Below, piece by piece: positions 29,780 to 42,134 of a stretch of 64,000 nt of DNA (positions within the stretch are counted from its first letter, which is position 1; each line of letters begins with the position of its first letter). The DNA lies in NCBI GenBank assembly GCA_964016885.1, contig OZ024740.1, positions 375,658,001 to 375,722,000 of the forward strand, given 5' to 3'. The DNA is from Eledone cirrhosa. Taxonomy: Eukaryota. The position numbers were made by a program, and so were the translations under genes. The notes below the pieces were generated by a model. That model worked only from the letters and a program-made list of their open reading frames with translations, made no database searches and was not told the DNA's origin.

Positions 29780-29782
<3 letters not shown>
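24959..29782 (-). mobile_element. PLE with ~2 kb inverted arms
   Basis: 24959-26945 is the reverse complement of 27782-29782. The minus strand of the spacer and left arm encodes NYVNFNSNHP, ALGRAGY, RNILWFAPPFS, HYVGSTS and CDLCIEE..FSCCRHR. Confidence 0.93.
29675..29739 (+). ncRNA. Hammerhead ribozyme; mirror copy at 25002-25066 (-) has GAAA>GACA
   Basis: tattttgt CTGATGA aggcatacca...tggtatcctt GAAA tatata TA atgaaata. Confidence 0.8.
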
Positions 29783-29810
<28 letters not shown>

Positions 29811-30232
29811 GTGAAGGAACAGGGGCTGTGTTGTTGCTGGATAAAGTGTATTTATAAATAAGAGGAAAGCAGGAATGGGGAGTAGTTTCCCTTCGTCAGT
29901 CATGTTCTGGAGATCATGGACATTTCTACGCATTAAAGACCATATGTCTACCTCCAGTGCGTCAATAACTAAAGGATGTTATATGGGGAAATTGAGAGAA
30001 TGAAAGAAAATATAACAGAAGTTAAAAAAGAGAGAAAATAAACTGAGAAAAGTCGGAAAAAAAAGATACCGATGAGGGAAATTCGAGAAGGACGTGTAGT
30101 AGCAACGAAAGAGAAAGTAAGCTGTCGATAACAGCTAAGAGCTACTGCATTTAAGACCGAGGCAGGATAGACGGTTTAACAGAGAGCGAAAAGAAATAGG
30201 TGTGACCTCCGTGAGAGTAGAAAAACAAAGAG

Positions 30233-30518
<286 letters not shown>

Positions 30519-30519
30519 A

Positions 30520-30992
30520 TTGTTATATTTGGGGAGTGTCATATTGTTATGATATTGCCAGAAATAATAATAAAACGCATTCACTCTTTAGCATCTGTAT
30601 CTTTTATATCTTCATAGTTAATTTATCTGGCAATCATTGTTTATTATCGTTGATTGACCAACAGTTAAAAATGAATATATACATTTAGTCTATCAAAGTT
30701 CTTTTGTCATACATCTGTGACATCATGAGTGGTACTATTGTGTTTCCTCCCGTTGTATTGAAATGTCTACAGTATTTTTATTTTAATCATTTATTTATTC
30801 TTGTCTCCATCTCTCTTTACGTATGCTTTTGCACGCGTGTCTTCTGTTTCGTTTGTCTGTGTCCATGTAGGAGTCTGTGTATTTTCCTATTCCATCTTTG
30901 TTCATTTGTCTGTCGTTGAAAGCTTATGTATATATTTACCTCAGGTCAGTTTCGTGTGTTTGGGCATGGTTGTTGCTGTTATTCCATTTAAT
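30520..30992 (-). mobile_element. Solo pLTR related to the 759-4177 family, decayed HHR at 30693-30732
   Basis: Shares the ttgttat..ggag.gtcat end. Minus strand has CTCATGA t gtcaca-gatg-tatgac AAAA gaactt tga. Confidence 0.6.
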
Positions 30993-31099
30993 ATATATAT
31001 ATATATATAATGTATGAGGGGAGTTTTATTATAGCACAATAAAGCAATGCAAATATCGGATAAGTAGCACTCAACAGTTTATTGGACTGGAGTATATAT

Positions 31100-31351
31100 C
31101 AGAAGAAATTAAATGATAGTTAAAAAAGTGCCGTGTATTTTATTATACGTATTTCAAAAACAAATATCGTCCAGGGATGATATTTGCGTTCTCATCAAAT
31201 AAAATAGACACTACCTTGCTCACAAGTATCTTTTTTAAGCTTCATGTCATGTCTCCCTAAGTTATCTGATGAGAACGCAAATATCGTCCCTGGATGATAT
31301 TTCTTTTTGAAATACGTGGAACTTTTTTAACCATCTTTTAATTTATTCTAT
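31100..31351. mobile_element. Mini inverted pLTR pair, each arm an HHR remnant
   Basis: 31133-31210 (-): TTGATGA..GAAA tacgta TA. 31262-31320 (+): CTGATGA..GAAA tacgt, with the 3' strand of stem I deleted. Confidence 0.75.
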
Positions 31352-31354
31352 ATA

Positions 31355-31407
<53 letters not shown>

Positions 31408-31793
31408 CAATAACAGAGATAGCTTAACGCTAAACTCCGTCTGGTAACCATCTCACTCAACAAACATTAGGTTATATGTTAGTATAACCCAATTTATGTG
31501 TTTGCGGTGCTAACTATATGTATTTTGTGGAAAGCCAGTTGTATCATTTTATGAGATATAATTAAAGTTAAAATATATCTCTCTATCCAAACAATTGTTT
31601 CATTATAAGTTTTCTACAAATTGGGAGAATGTTTCCAGTTAATCTAGAAGCCTAACATATATTCATGTAAGAAAATATTTAGGTGGGCACTTATAAATCT
31701 TCAGTGGAAGCCCATTAAACTTTGATATAAGAAAAAATTCTTACCGGAGTTAAAAATCGTGTCTGCTAAGCGCTGCTCCCTCACTCATCGAAC

Positions 31794-31883
<90 letters not shown>

Positions 31884-32087
31884 TCAGGTTTGAGGTTCAC
31901 CACTGTATAGAGCTGGTCTATTCCGTATGGTCAATCGTAATGCAATAATATAGAGAGTACTCAACATAAGGCAGTTCAACCCTCTTTGTTTTTGTAGTTG
32001 GTGGTGCTATTACGGAGTTAAATATTATAATGAAATGACAGGAGGCTGGATTTGTTATAATATTATATATATTTATATATATATATG

Positions 32088-32394
<307 letters not shown>

Positions 32395-32402
32395 TCAAAA
32401 CC

Positions 32403-32433
<31 letters not shown>

Positions 32434-32434
<1 letters not shown>

Positions 32435-33640
32435 AGTAGCAGCACAGCAGTTAGTTCACCATATCGAGGGCAATTGTTTCACGTTAGCGGATCTTCAGCT
32501 CGGACTGGTCATGGTTAAACGGAACAGGAAGAACAACCGTATAATTACATATACAAGGACTCATGCCACCCTCCTAGTTCGTAAATAATGTCAGTACTAG
32601 AATCTCTAACCTCTCCCCTAATAAGGCTATCTTTGACAGAGCCGCACCCTACTCTAACACGGCGTTAGCTAACAGTGGCTTCTCCAAACGAATTACTTTC
32701 TCACCCACTAACAACAACAGCAACAAGAAAAGATATCGTAACAAGAGACAAACTATCTGGTTCTCTCCTCCCTTCTCACAGAACGTTGAAACTAATGTAG
32801 GAAAAAATTGTTTAGCCATCTTAGATAGTCACTTTCCCATATGTCTCAAATACCGCTCCATTTTTAAGAGACACAGAATAAAACTAGGGTACTCATGTGC
32901 TAAGCATATGAAGGCCCACATCACCAACAGTCCTAAAAGCGGCGCCCCACCAGGATGCTCTTCCCGCAAGCCTGAAACTTGTCCCTTTCAACAGCAATGC
33001 AACACAGCCGCCGTAGTTTATGACGCAATGTTCACTTCCAACCGACCAAATCAACCTCAGGAGTTCTAATCCTATGTTTGTATGGCGGAGGGCCGATTTA
33101 AGGAACGCTTCCTGAACCATTAGTCGACCTTTAGGTACCCAGACAAACGATCATCCACGAAACTAGCCAGCCATGTATGGTCCCTCAAGAACTCAGGTAT
33201 AGATTACTCTATTAAATGGAAAGCCATCACTAAGTCCAAGCTATACGCAAGGGGAAATCCATCTTGTGTATTGAAGAAAGGATACATATTCTAAGGAGAT
33301 TAAGCATTAGCGATTGCTTAAATTCAGAAACGATTCTTCTCACGTTGTCCACATGTCCTGAAACACCTCTTGCGTAACTACAAAGCTCCGGATTGAATAC
33401 CAACAACATACTAATTTCCTAATCAACTCGAACATCTTTTCCGCACTTTCACTGTTATTTCACTTACACCTTTCACCCGTGGCTCTGTATCACTTGGGTG
33501 AAGTGACCGTTTCTGCGGCTGCGCGTTCATACGGTTGTTCTTCCTCTTCCGTCAAACCATGACCAGTCCGAGCTGAAGATCCGCTAAAGTGAAACAATTG
33601 TTCAGAGTATGTAGTACTAACTGTTGTGTTTCTACTTCCA
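32434..33640 (+). mobile_element. PLE 3' fragment with short inverted pLTR; HHR motifs at 32459-32508 (-) and 33563-33610 (+)
   Basis: SCHPP..RISNLS..ALANSGF..TIWFSPPFSQNVETNVG..IKLGYSC. Left HHR reads cgag CTGAAGA..GAAA caattg CC ctcg. Confidence 0.88.
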
Positions 33641-33744
33641 ACAAACTCGTCCCATGGACTGAGTGCTCTATTCGATTTGCGACATTACTTATCTGAAAAT
33701 GTGTGTTGAAACAGACATTGTTATACTTTTGTTATACATGTTGC

Positions 33745-33925
33745 AAATAAAAACAAACGTACCTGTTTGTTTTCACTTCAATTTATTATAAATTCCCGGT
33801 TGGTTGCTTGGTTCGATAACCGGAAGTTTGTCCATATATTGTCAAAGCTCTTTCGTCACAGATTCTGTGACCTCCTCAGTGATTATATTTTCATTTGATG
33901 TGTCTCTTCTTTATTCTGTCTTATA
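33745..33925 (-). mobile_element. pLTR fragment (759-4177 family) with intact HHR core at 33841-33883
   Basis: tca CTGAGGA g gtcacagaatctgtgac GAAA gagc TT tga. Confidence 0.75.
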
Positions 33926-35384
33926 CCAGTTGCGATCATTTCTTAATTAATTATCCTTCTCGATATTTTTTCGTGATAATCATATCTTAAATCGTGTTCC
34001 CAAACGTCAGTAAAATACATGGAATTCAAACTGCTTCTTACAGTAGGGCATGGGTAAAGGCAACCATTCTTTATTTTATTTAACTGTGTTTATGAAACTT
34101 GCAAAGAATACGGAGTCTTCCTTAAAGCTATATTACATGTTACCTGTTTCTTATCGATGGATATGATTCAGTATGAATCTGGAAACTGCATGTCATTGTG
34201 GGAGGTAATGTTTCTAAGAAAATGAGCCAATAACGATTGGTGTTATGTAATATTAACTCATTACATCATATATCTGTGTATTACGTATCAGATACGTTTT
34301 TTTCCATTTCTATGACAGCAGTTGAACTGAAAATTGTATTAGCACGATTTCAGACCCATCTATGACTAATCATTATTATATCGTAACTAAATGATCTACT
34401 ACGATATGTTTTTTTTAATATGTAAGAAGGATATCCGTTGTGTGATTAACATCCAAATTTCATTTCACCTGATACATGTCAGAAATATATTGCTGAGTAT
34501 AAGTGTAAGGGTTCAACAGAAATTGTTTCATATGGCTCACAAACATACCAGAACTACAAATTTGAGTAGAATTCGAGCATAAATGTCTAGACAACCGACG
34601 TTCTGAGAATATCCGATATGTCATTTTTGTTTTCATTATCGAAGTCTTCCGAGACCTTTACAAATGCAATATAAATATATATCCTATTTTGGCTTGTCGA
34701 ATTTCTCTTGATACTAATTGTCAAAACGGATTATATTCACCATGCCTCGTCCTTTACTGATCCAAATCAGTGTATATTTATTATATTGGTCCAGTAGTTA
34801 CAGAATGGCATTGTCTAGGACCCTTCTAGTGATAGTTAGCATTATGATCCCGTTAGTGTAGCAGACAAATATGTCGCAGTTTTATCATATGTACTCAGAA
34901 AATTAAATTATTTTCCGCATTAGATCAACCATTCTATGATTTAATGAGTAATGCATCCTATGCAATTATAAGCATTATTCGTTAAAACGTGTGGGAATTC
35001 TGTCATGCCAAGGAGTTTAACAGCTGATGTCAGGAGCATGTGAAAGTGATAAATATTTCCTAAACGTTTACACCGACAACCTTATATTTGATGCAATTAT
35101 GTATATATATATATCCGGTATAGATAAAATACCTTTATCGAGAGTATATACTATTTAGGAATTGTGATTTATCCATTTCAATACTCTATTATTAAATAGA
35201 AAAGCTCCTCTGTTATACATGCATACCCAGTAACGCTCGTATTCTATCACATATGCAAGCAGGTATAGGCGTATCAAACTATGGAGTGATAAATATATAA
35301 TGCAGGGAAATACTTACGAAATGATGTTGTGAATTCTAGTTGGAGTGTGGACTTAAAAGCTACACTATATTTTCATTATATATT

Positions 35385-35540
35385 ATAATTGTTTCTACTT
35401 TTCTTTTGGCACAAGGCCAGCAATTACCCAGTAAATTACTGGTACATTATTTTATCGACCCCGTAAGGATGAAAGGCAAAATTAACCTCTACGAGATTTG
35501 AACTCAGACCGTACAGGGAGGTAACTATGCTAGGAAGCAT
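35385..35540 (-). mobile_element. tRNA-derived SINE
   Basis: Shared core ttatcgaccccgtaaggatgaaaggcaaa; B box read as gatttgaactc on the + strand. Confidence 0.85.
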
Positions 35541-36797
35541 TATATATCATAATGTGTGGCATAAGGATCAAGAGCGAATTAGCATAACATTGAACGTAGA
35601 GAAAAACAGAGCCGCAACGGTCGATAATTTCTAGCGAGTATGCACACTGTATCACTTTCTCTACAATATATCTAAGTTCCCTGCCAAATGTGCTTGATGC
35701 CAGTAGGACGTACGTGTATTCAACGTGATATCTGACATATGTCCTGACAGAGGAAACGTTGTATACCTGCGTAGAGGATTTCTACACGAACATATTTAAC
35801 GTTTTACATAAAACTATAAACGAGGGATTTGTATCAGATGTGAGGTAACCATATACTTTTTCCGACAACACAGTTCTTCGCAGCACATCTCACTGCTATA
35901 TGTACACAATACACAGATATAGTTATACTCATAAGTATATTGGTGTGCATAGATATGTATGGACGCATCTGTGTATCTATATAAATGTAAATATATGAAC
36001 TAAATATTTTGAGATCTGTAATATTTTTTCTACTTAAATTCCAATTTACGAATAACACTTAGAGCACACCGGCTTCTGTTTGCTTTGCATTACATTAATC
36101 TGATCGCTGCACTTGGATTAATGGTCTCGGAAAACAAATTCACACGATAGAAATAACTACTGGGTTTTGGATAAAATATGTCATTTTACTCCTTTATCTA
36201 ATTAATTCTTAAATCGTGAGATTGCTCTTCGATTGTAATCCCAGTGCTAAACACTTAATGAATTATTTAAAAAATAACCACCCAGGATTTAATATGATCG
36301 ACATTTAATTCATAATTTTGTTTCCCATTCCCCCATATTGCATGATATTCAGTTCCTATTATTGTTCTTCAATTCAATATTGAACTGCAGTAAAATATTA
36401 ATATCGCCTGAAATAGTGTGTGCTCAAAATGAATGTTCTATTGTATATTATCAGTTATAAGGTTGCTAATGCCGACTTAACACAATATCAAATAGCTTCA
36501 CCGATGTTAACTTCTGGGGTTGTTGAAATATGTACACTAATTCGTTGAAATTATGTGTAACACGGTCGTTCATTTACCATCAGTAATTCGATGTTATCTA
36601 TTGAGTTAGTGGGTGTATTATTCTATGCAAGTTCTATCTTTAAAAGCAGTGTGACAAACCGAATTTTTAATGATGACAAAGTTTGAACACAATAACGCAG
36701 CTATAATATATTATTTATAATGGATAATACTATTATTATAGGTATTTATTACATAGTTAAAATAATATTTATTACTATGCCCATCATAGATAATAAT

Positions 36798-36980
36798 TGT
36801 TTCTACTTTTGGCACAATGCAGCAATTATTCCAGTGAATAACTGGTAATTTATTTTATGAACCCCTTAAGGATGAAAGGCAAAGTTAACCTCGGCGTGAT
36901 TTGGACACAGACGGTAAATGGCCCTATGCTGCAAAACATGGCGTCCGACCTTCTGCCGATACTGGCAATCCAGCGCCCCA
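36798..36980 (-). mobile_element. tRNA-derived SINE, full length, with TSD catagataataat
   Basis: Family core plus A/B box remnants; flanking direct repeat. Confidence 0.85.
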
Positions 36981-37464
36981 CATAGATAATAATGATTTAT
37001 AGTATAGGCAAAAGGCCAGTTATGTGATGGGAGGGGAAATGATTAAATCGACTACAGTAGGTTGCTGGTGCTTTATTTTAAACATTCACGTGCCTTCTAC
37101 CGACCAATCAAAATTGTTTTGACTACAAGAATGTTTGCAACACGAATTGGCGCCAAACTTATAGTGCTTATTCACTTGACATTCAACAACCAACCAAATC
37201 TTAATACCTCCCAAGCCACTTTTTTCACATAAAACAGGAAGAATTTCCAAAACTGATCCAATTAGAGCAAAAATCACGAGCACTCTAATTATTTTGGAAA
37301 AGCATCAGAAATGCGCAACCGGTAAAAACTTAAAACTAAAACTGAATACCATCTAATACTTATTACTAATTGATACTTATTCCTAATTAACCTATTTTTC
37401 ACTGGGAAAAATTTGTTCGCATTTTGTTTCCCTTTTTACTAATATATATATATATATATATATA

Positions 37465-38420
37465 TGAAAAAGAACACAAGAGCGTCTACAACATCAAAAG
37501 ATTTTTATTGGCTAACAATGTTTCTTCCTTACGTGTAACCGTAGGATTCATCAGAGCTATAAAAGGGGTTTGATTGGTGTTATGGACTCTACCAACCAAA
37601 CACCCAAGAACAAAGAGTAAAGAGAGTAAAGAGCAAAAGTAGGGGACGATAAGTCTAATTTTGGTGCGGGAGGGTGGGGTGTTGGTCCTTGTTTACTAGC
37701 TGCGGTCATATTCATTCCCGGGGGTCGGGTGGTTAGCTGAACCATAGATGGGGTGGCGTCGATAGTATGGTGCAGAGGGTGCGCAGAGGCTACACAAACA
37801 CAAAGGGCGTAGAATACATATATACATATAGCGGAGGAGAAGGTACATGAGGTAATTAGAAATGGAAAAAGAGTAATAATAATAATCTATAATTAATAGT
37901 GTATAATAAGGCATGGGGAAGATTACACTATAATAAAGTATAAAGGTAAGAATAAGGTAAAATATAAAGGAGGATAAAAGTGGAAATAATAATAAAGATA
38001 AAAAATATATAGAGAATATATAAGGAAATATAAGCGAATATTTGGAGGGGAAAACACAATGTAAAGAAACCGATTTTTTTTCAAACAATAATAAAAATAT
38101 AATAATTATGGGGGAGAAAACAGGATAGAGAAATATGATCAAGTGTGATTCGTTGAGAGAGTATAAGACGATAACAGTTATGTCCAGTTTATACATCTTA
38201 ATAATAAATAATCAACAATATGTGTATCAGAGTTGCATAACCTTCAATTCACTTACGGGTTCAAGCCACGTGGCATGGTCCATTGTTTATCTGTGCGGTC
38301 ATGTGCGTTTGTTTTTGACACCACAGCAGATGCACAAGTTTGTAAATTCCAATGCAGATAGAAATCAGTTTTTGCTCACCCGGACATTGACCGAGGATCC
38401 AATATTCCTTGTTCAATATA
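37465..38420 (-). mobile_element. Probable pLTR fragment with hammerhead at 37503-37564
   Basis: agct CTGATGA atcctacg-gttaca-cgtaaggaa GAAA cattg TT agc; bounded by (TA)n. Confidence 0.6.
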
Positions 38421-38472
38421 TATATATATATTTGTTTTGCGAGGTTTTTGATATGAAATCGTGTATCGAACA

Positions 38473-38730
38473 AATATTGTTATACTTGGGGAGGGTCATA
38501 TTTTTTGTAATAATTGTTTCTACTTGAGGCACAAGGACAGCAAATTACCCATTGCATTACTGGTACTTTATTTTATCGACCCCGTAAGGATGAAAGGCAA
38601 AGTCAACCTCTCATCCTTACGGGGTCGATAAAATAAAGTACCAGTAATGCACTGGTGAATTTGCTGGCCTTGTGCCTAAAGTAGAAACAATTATTACAAA
38701 AATATGACCCTCCCCAAGTATAACTATATT
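38473..38730. repeat. ~120 bp-arm inverted duplication of a SINE 3' half plus flank
   Basis: Arms ~38473-38593 and ~38611-38730, 17-nt spacer. Confidence 0.9.
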
Positions 38731-39004
38731 TGTAATAATATTTTTCTAATAATATTGCCAGAAATAATAACAGAACACGCTCACTCTTTGGTTGGTTTTC
38801 TCTTCTGCATCTTTTATATCTCCATAGTTAATTTAGTTGGCAATCAATGTTTATTTTTAACCGTTGGTCAGTCAATCATAAACATTGATTGCCAAATAAA
38901 TTAACTATGGAGATATAAGAGTGATGATGTCTGGTAGCAAATTTTAGAGAGAAGTTTAATAAAGTTCGCCAAAAGAGCAAGAAGTATTATCTCTTTTTCT
39001 AATT

Positions 39005-41267
39005 CAGGGGTCACCAAACTACGGCCCGCGAGCCGGATCAGGCCCGCGACGTCAGTTCATCAGGCCCGCCGACGGTACTTGCATTTGCGTGATAAAACGG
39101 ATGGAACACGAGATGTTTCTAATTCAATGTCTTTTTCATTTTCAGATCTGATTTTCTTCACCCTTTATTATGACTACTAAGAAAAGAAACGTGGACGCCG
39201 AGTGTCGAGTTTCAATGAAGAATGGGGAGTAAAGTACTTATTTGTGGAAAGAAATAACCAGAAAGCTAGTTGCGTGGTATGCAGCGAAAGTGCTCCCGTT
39301 TTGAGAGAGTACAATCTTCGGCGTCACTATGAAACAAAACATCTATCAACATATTCAAATTTTCTGGAAAGTTACGCTCTGAGAAATATGAGTCCATGAA
39401 ACGTGGTTTAGAAACTGAAAGAAATCTCTTCGCGAGAAAGTTTGCTGAAAATGAATCTGTCACTTGTAAAAGTTACAAAATAGTCCATAAGTTGGCAGAG
39501 CGAGGAAAACCGTTTACTGATAACAACTTCATCAAAGAGAATATGATGGAAGCAGCAAATGACTTGTGTCCTGAGAAAGCCGATTTGTTGGAAGTATCAG
39601 CCTTTCGGCAAGTTCAGTTGTGCGGAGAACAGAAGAACTTGGAGACAACATAATGGTACAGGTACGCGAGAAAACTAGGAACTTGTGATATTCTCTGGCG
39701 CTGGATGTGTCTACTGATCTCTCGAGTACGTCACAAATTATTGTGTTCATTCGTGGTGTCAATTTGGATTTTCAGATAATGGAAGAGTTGGCATCCGTTT
39801 GCTGCATGTATGGAACAACAACTGGAAAAGACATTTTCGTGGAAGTGCAGAACACTTTGTAAGACTATAACCGTCAGTGGAATCAGCTTCGAGGTGTTAC
39901 AGTTGATGGAGGAAAACACATGGCTGGTGTGAGGAAGGGTCTGGTCGGGCAGATCAGGACTCAGTTGGAAGATTTGCAAATTCCCGGCGTGCTCTGTTCA
40001 TACACTGCATCATACATCAGCAACCACTCTGTGGGAAAGACTTGGATAGTTCTTGTGTACTGAAACCAGTCGTTTCTGCTGTGAACTTAATTCGGCGACA
40101 TGCACGCAATCACCGTCACTTCCAGGCTTTTCTTTAAGAATTTGATTCTGATTTCCGTGACTTGCCTTATCACACAGCAGTGAGGTGGCTCAGCTGCGGT
40201 AAAGTCATGTTTCGTTTTTACAAGCTCCGAAACGAAACATGTTTTTCTCACTGAAAAATCTAGAGCTGGTCCACAGCTGTCAGATCCTACCTGGCTGTCA
40301 AAGTTGTCATTTTTGGTCGAGATCGCATCCCACATTAATGAATTGAACTTGAAACTTCAGGTAAAGGATAACCTCGTCTGTGATCTCTACAGAATCACCA
40401 AAGGATTTCGGAGAGAGTTGTCATTGTTTGAGGCACAACTGGCAGGACAAAACGTTTCTCATTTTCACTGTTTCAAATTGTTTTGCGCTACAATTGCTGA
40501 ATATGTCAACCTCGATTTTCCTAAAAAGATTATTCGTGACTTGAAGAAGCATTTTTTGGAGAGATTTTCAGATCTCGACAGCATTGAGAGTGACATTCTT
40601 CTGTTCCAGAATTCGTTTGATTGTAACCTTGATGATGTGTCTGTTGAACTACAATTGGAGCTCATTGATTTGCAAGCAAATGACTTGTTGAAAGAGAAGC
40701 ACAGAGAAGGAAAACTTGTTGAATTTTACCGATTCTTACCTGATGCTGAGTTTCTGAAATTGAAGAAATGTGCCGCTGGTATGGCATCATTGTTTGGAAC
40801 AACTTATGTCTGTGAGAAAACATTTTCAAAAATGAAGTATGTGAAGTCAACATATCGAACGAGATTGACTGATGAACATGTGAAAGCAATTCTCTTGATT
40901 GGATGCAGCAATTCCAAACAAAACATTGATGATAGCCAAACTTCAGTTTCACAAATCTCACTAACCTTTTATGCTGCTTAGTTTGTAAGATTCGGATATG
41001 TGTACATTAGGTCCGATGTAACTATATTTTTGCTAACGTCGCCTTCTTTGATAACTTTTTAGTAAATAAATATCTTGGTTGTCTTTGTTGTTTGTGCATT
41101 GCACGCCACTCACCCATGATTAACATGGAATGCTAAATGTAGTGTTTCGTCTTTGTTTCCAGAGCTTTCGTTCTGGCTTGCATGTATTGAACAGAATGAT
41201 TATGCGGCCAGCCCTCGTCATTCTTTCAGTTATCCGGCCCACTGTGAAAAAAGTTTGGTGACTCCTG
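39005..41267 (+). mobile_element. Full-length hAT DNA transposon (SPIN/Charlie, GTF2IRD2-like transposase group)
   Basis: 16-bp TIR caggggtcaccaaact / agtttggtgactcctg (1 mismatch); perfect 8-bp TSD ttctaatt; subterminal ggcccg repeats. Confidence 0.96.
39170..40981 (+). pseudogene. Disrupted hAT transposase
   Basis: BED-like CVVC..YNLRRHYETKH, SLALDVSTD, VTVDGG, HTAVRWLS, dimerization domain FGTTYVCEKTFSKMKYVKS..RTRLTDEH. Frameshifts and stops. Confidence 0.92.
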
Positions 41268-42093
41268 TTCTAATTCAAAGATAAACTCTATAACTTCAAC
41301 AATGTTTGTATTGAATGTAACATAGGTTAAATGGAATTTTTACTGATTCTTCATCATTGATACAAGACACTCTCGATATGAAATGCTCCAAATATTGATA
41401 TCCATAATACTATCATGAAGAGACACATTGACTACTCAAGCTACACGCTGTTATAGAAAGTATGAGAACAGATTAATCAGGAACTTCCAAATGTTATATT
41501 GCAATTCACATAATACTATAAGGAAGTTATTATATCATATTTAATCTCAATGTTCTAAGAAGCAAGCATCGATGTGATTTTGAGTACTTTGCAATACTAC
41601 CATAGGAATATAGGCTCGATTTTCTCACCATATCCTTTGAAAACTGTATTCCACAATACCCATGACTAACATTGCTTTTCATGTTTTCTTTGTGGAGGTC
41701 TTATATTTGACTTGAAAATGTATATAAAATAAGGAATTATATTGTATATTGCAAATGGGGAGGCAGACAACCCTTTATTGAATGTTTTAACGGCCCAGTC
41801 TATTATTCATTGTATTACAGGCAACTAGAATTTAACCAGATTCATTCTTTAAAATTGTGTGCTTGTTGTTTTGGATTTAAACAAGCACAATGGGAATTTA
41901 AGGCCTGAAATTTCGCGGGAAGGCTCACTTGATTAAGATAATTTTACTGGTTATATTTAATATGATGTTCATTCCAAGTGATCTGGAATGAATGATATAA
42001 GATTTAATGAACCGAAACAATAAGAATTTCGGTGAGATCACTGAAGAGATGGGGCTGTCCGTTTTCTTCACTTTTTTATTTCGTTGTGCACTC

Positions 42094-42134
<41 letters not shown>

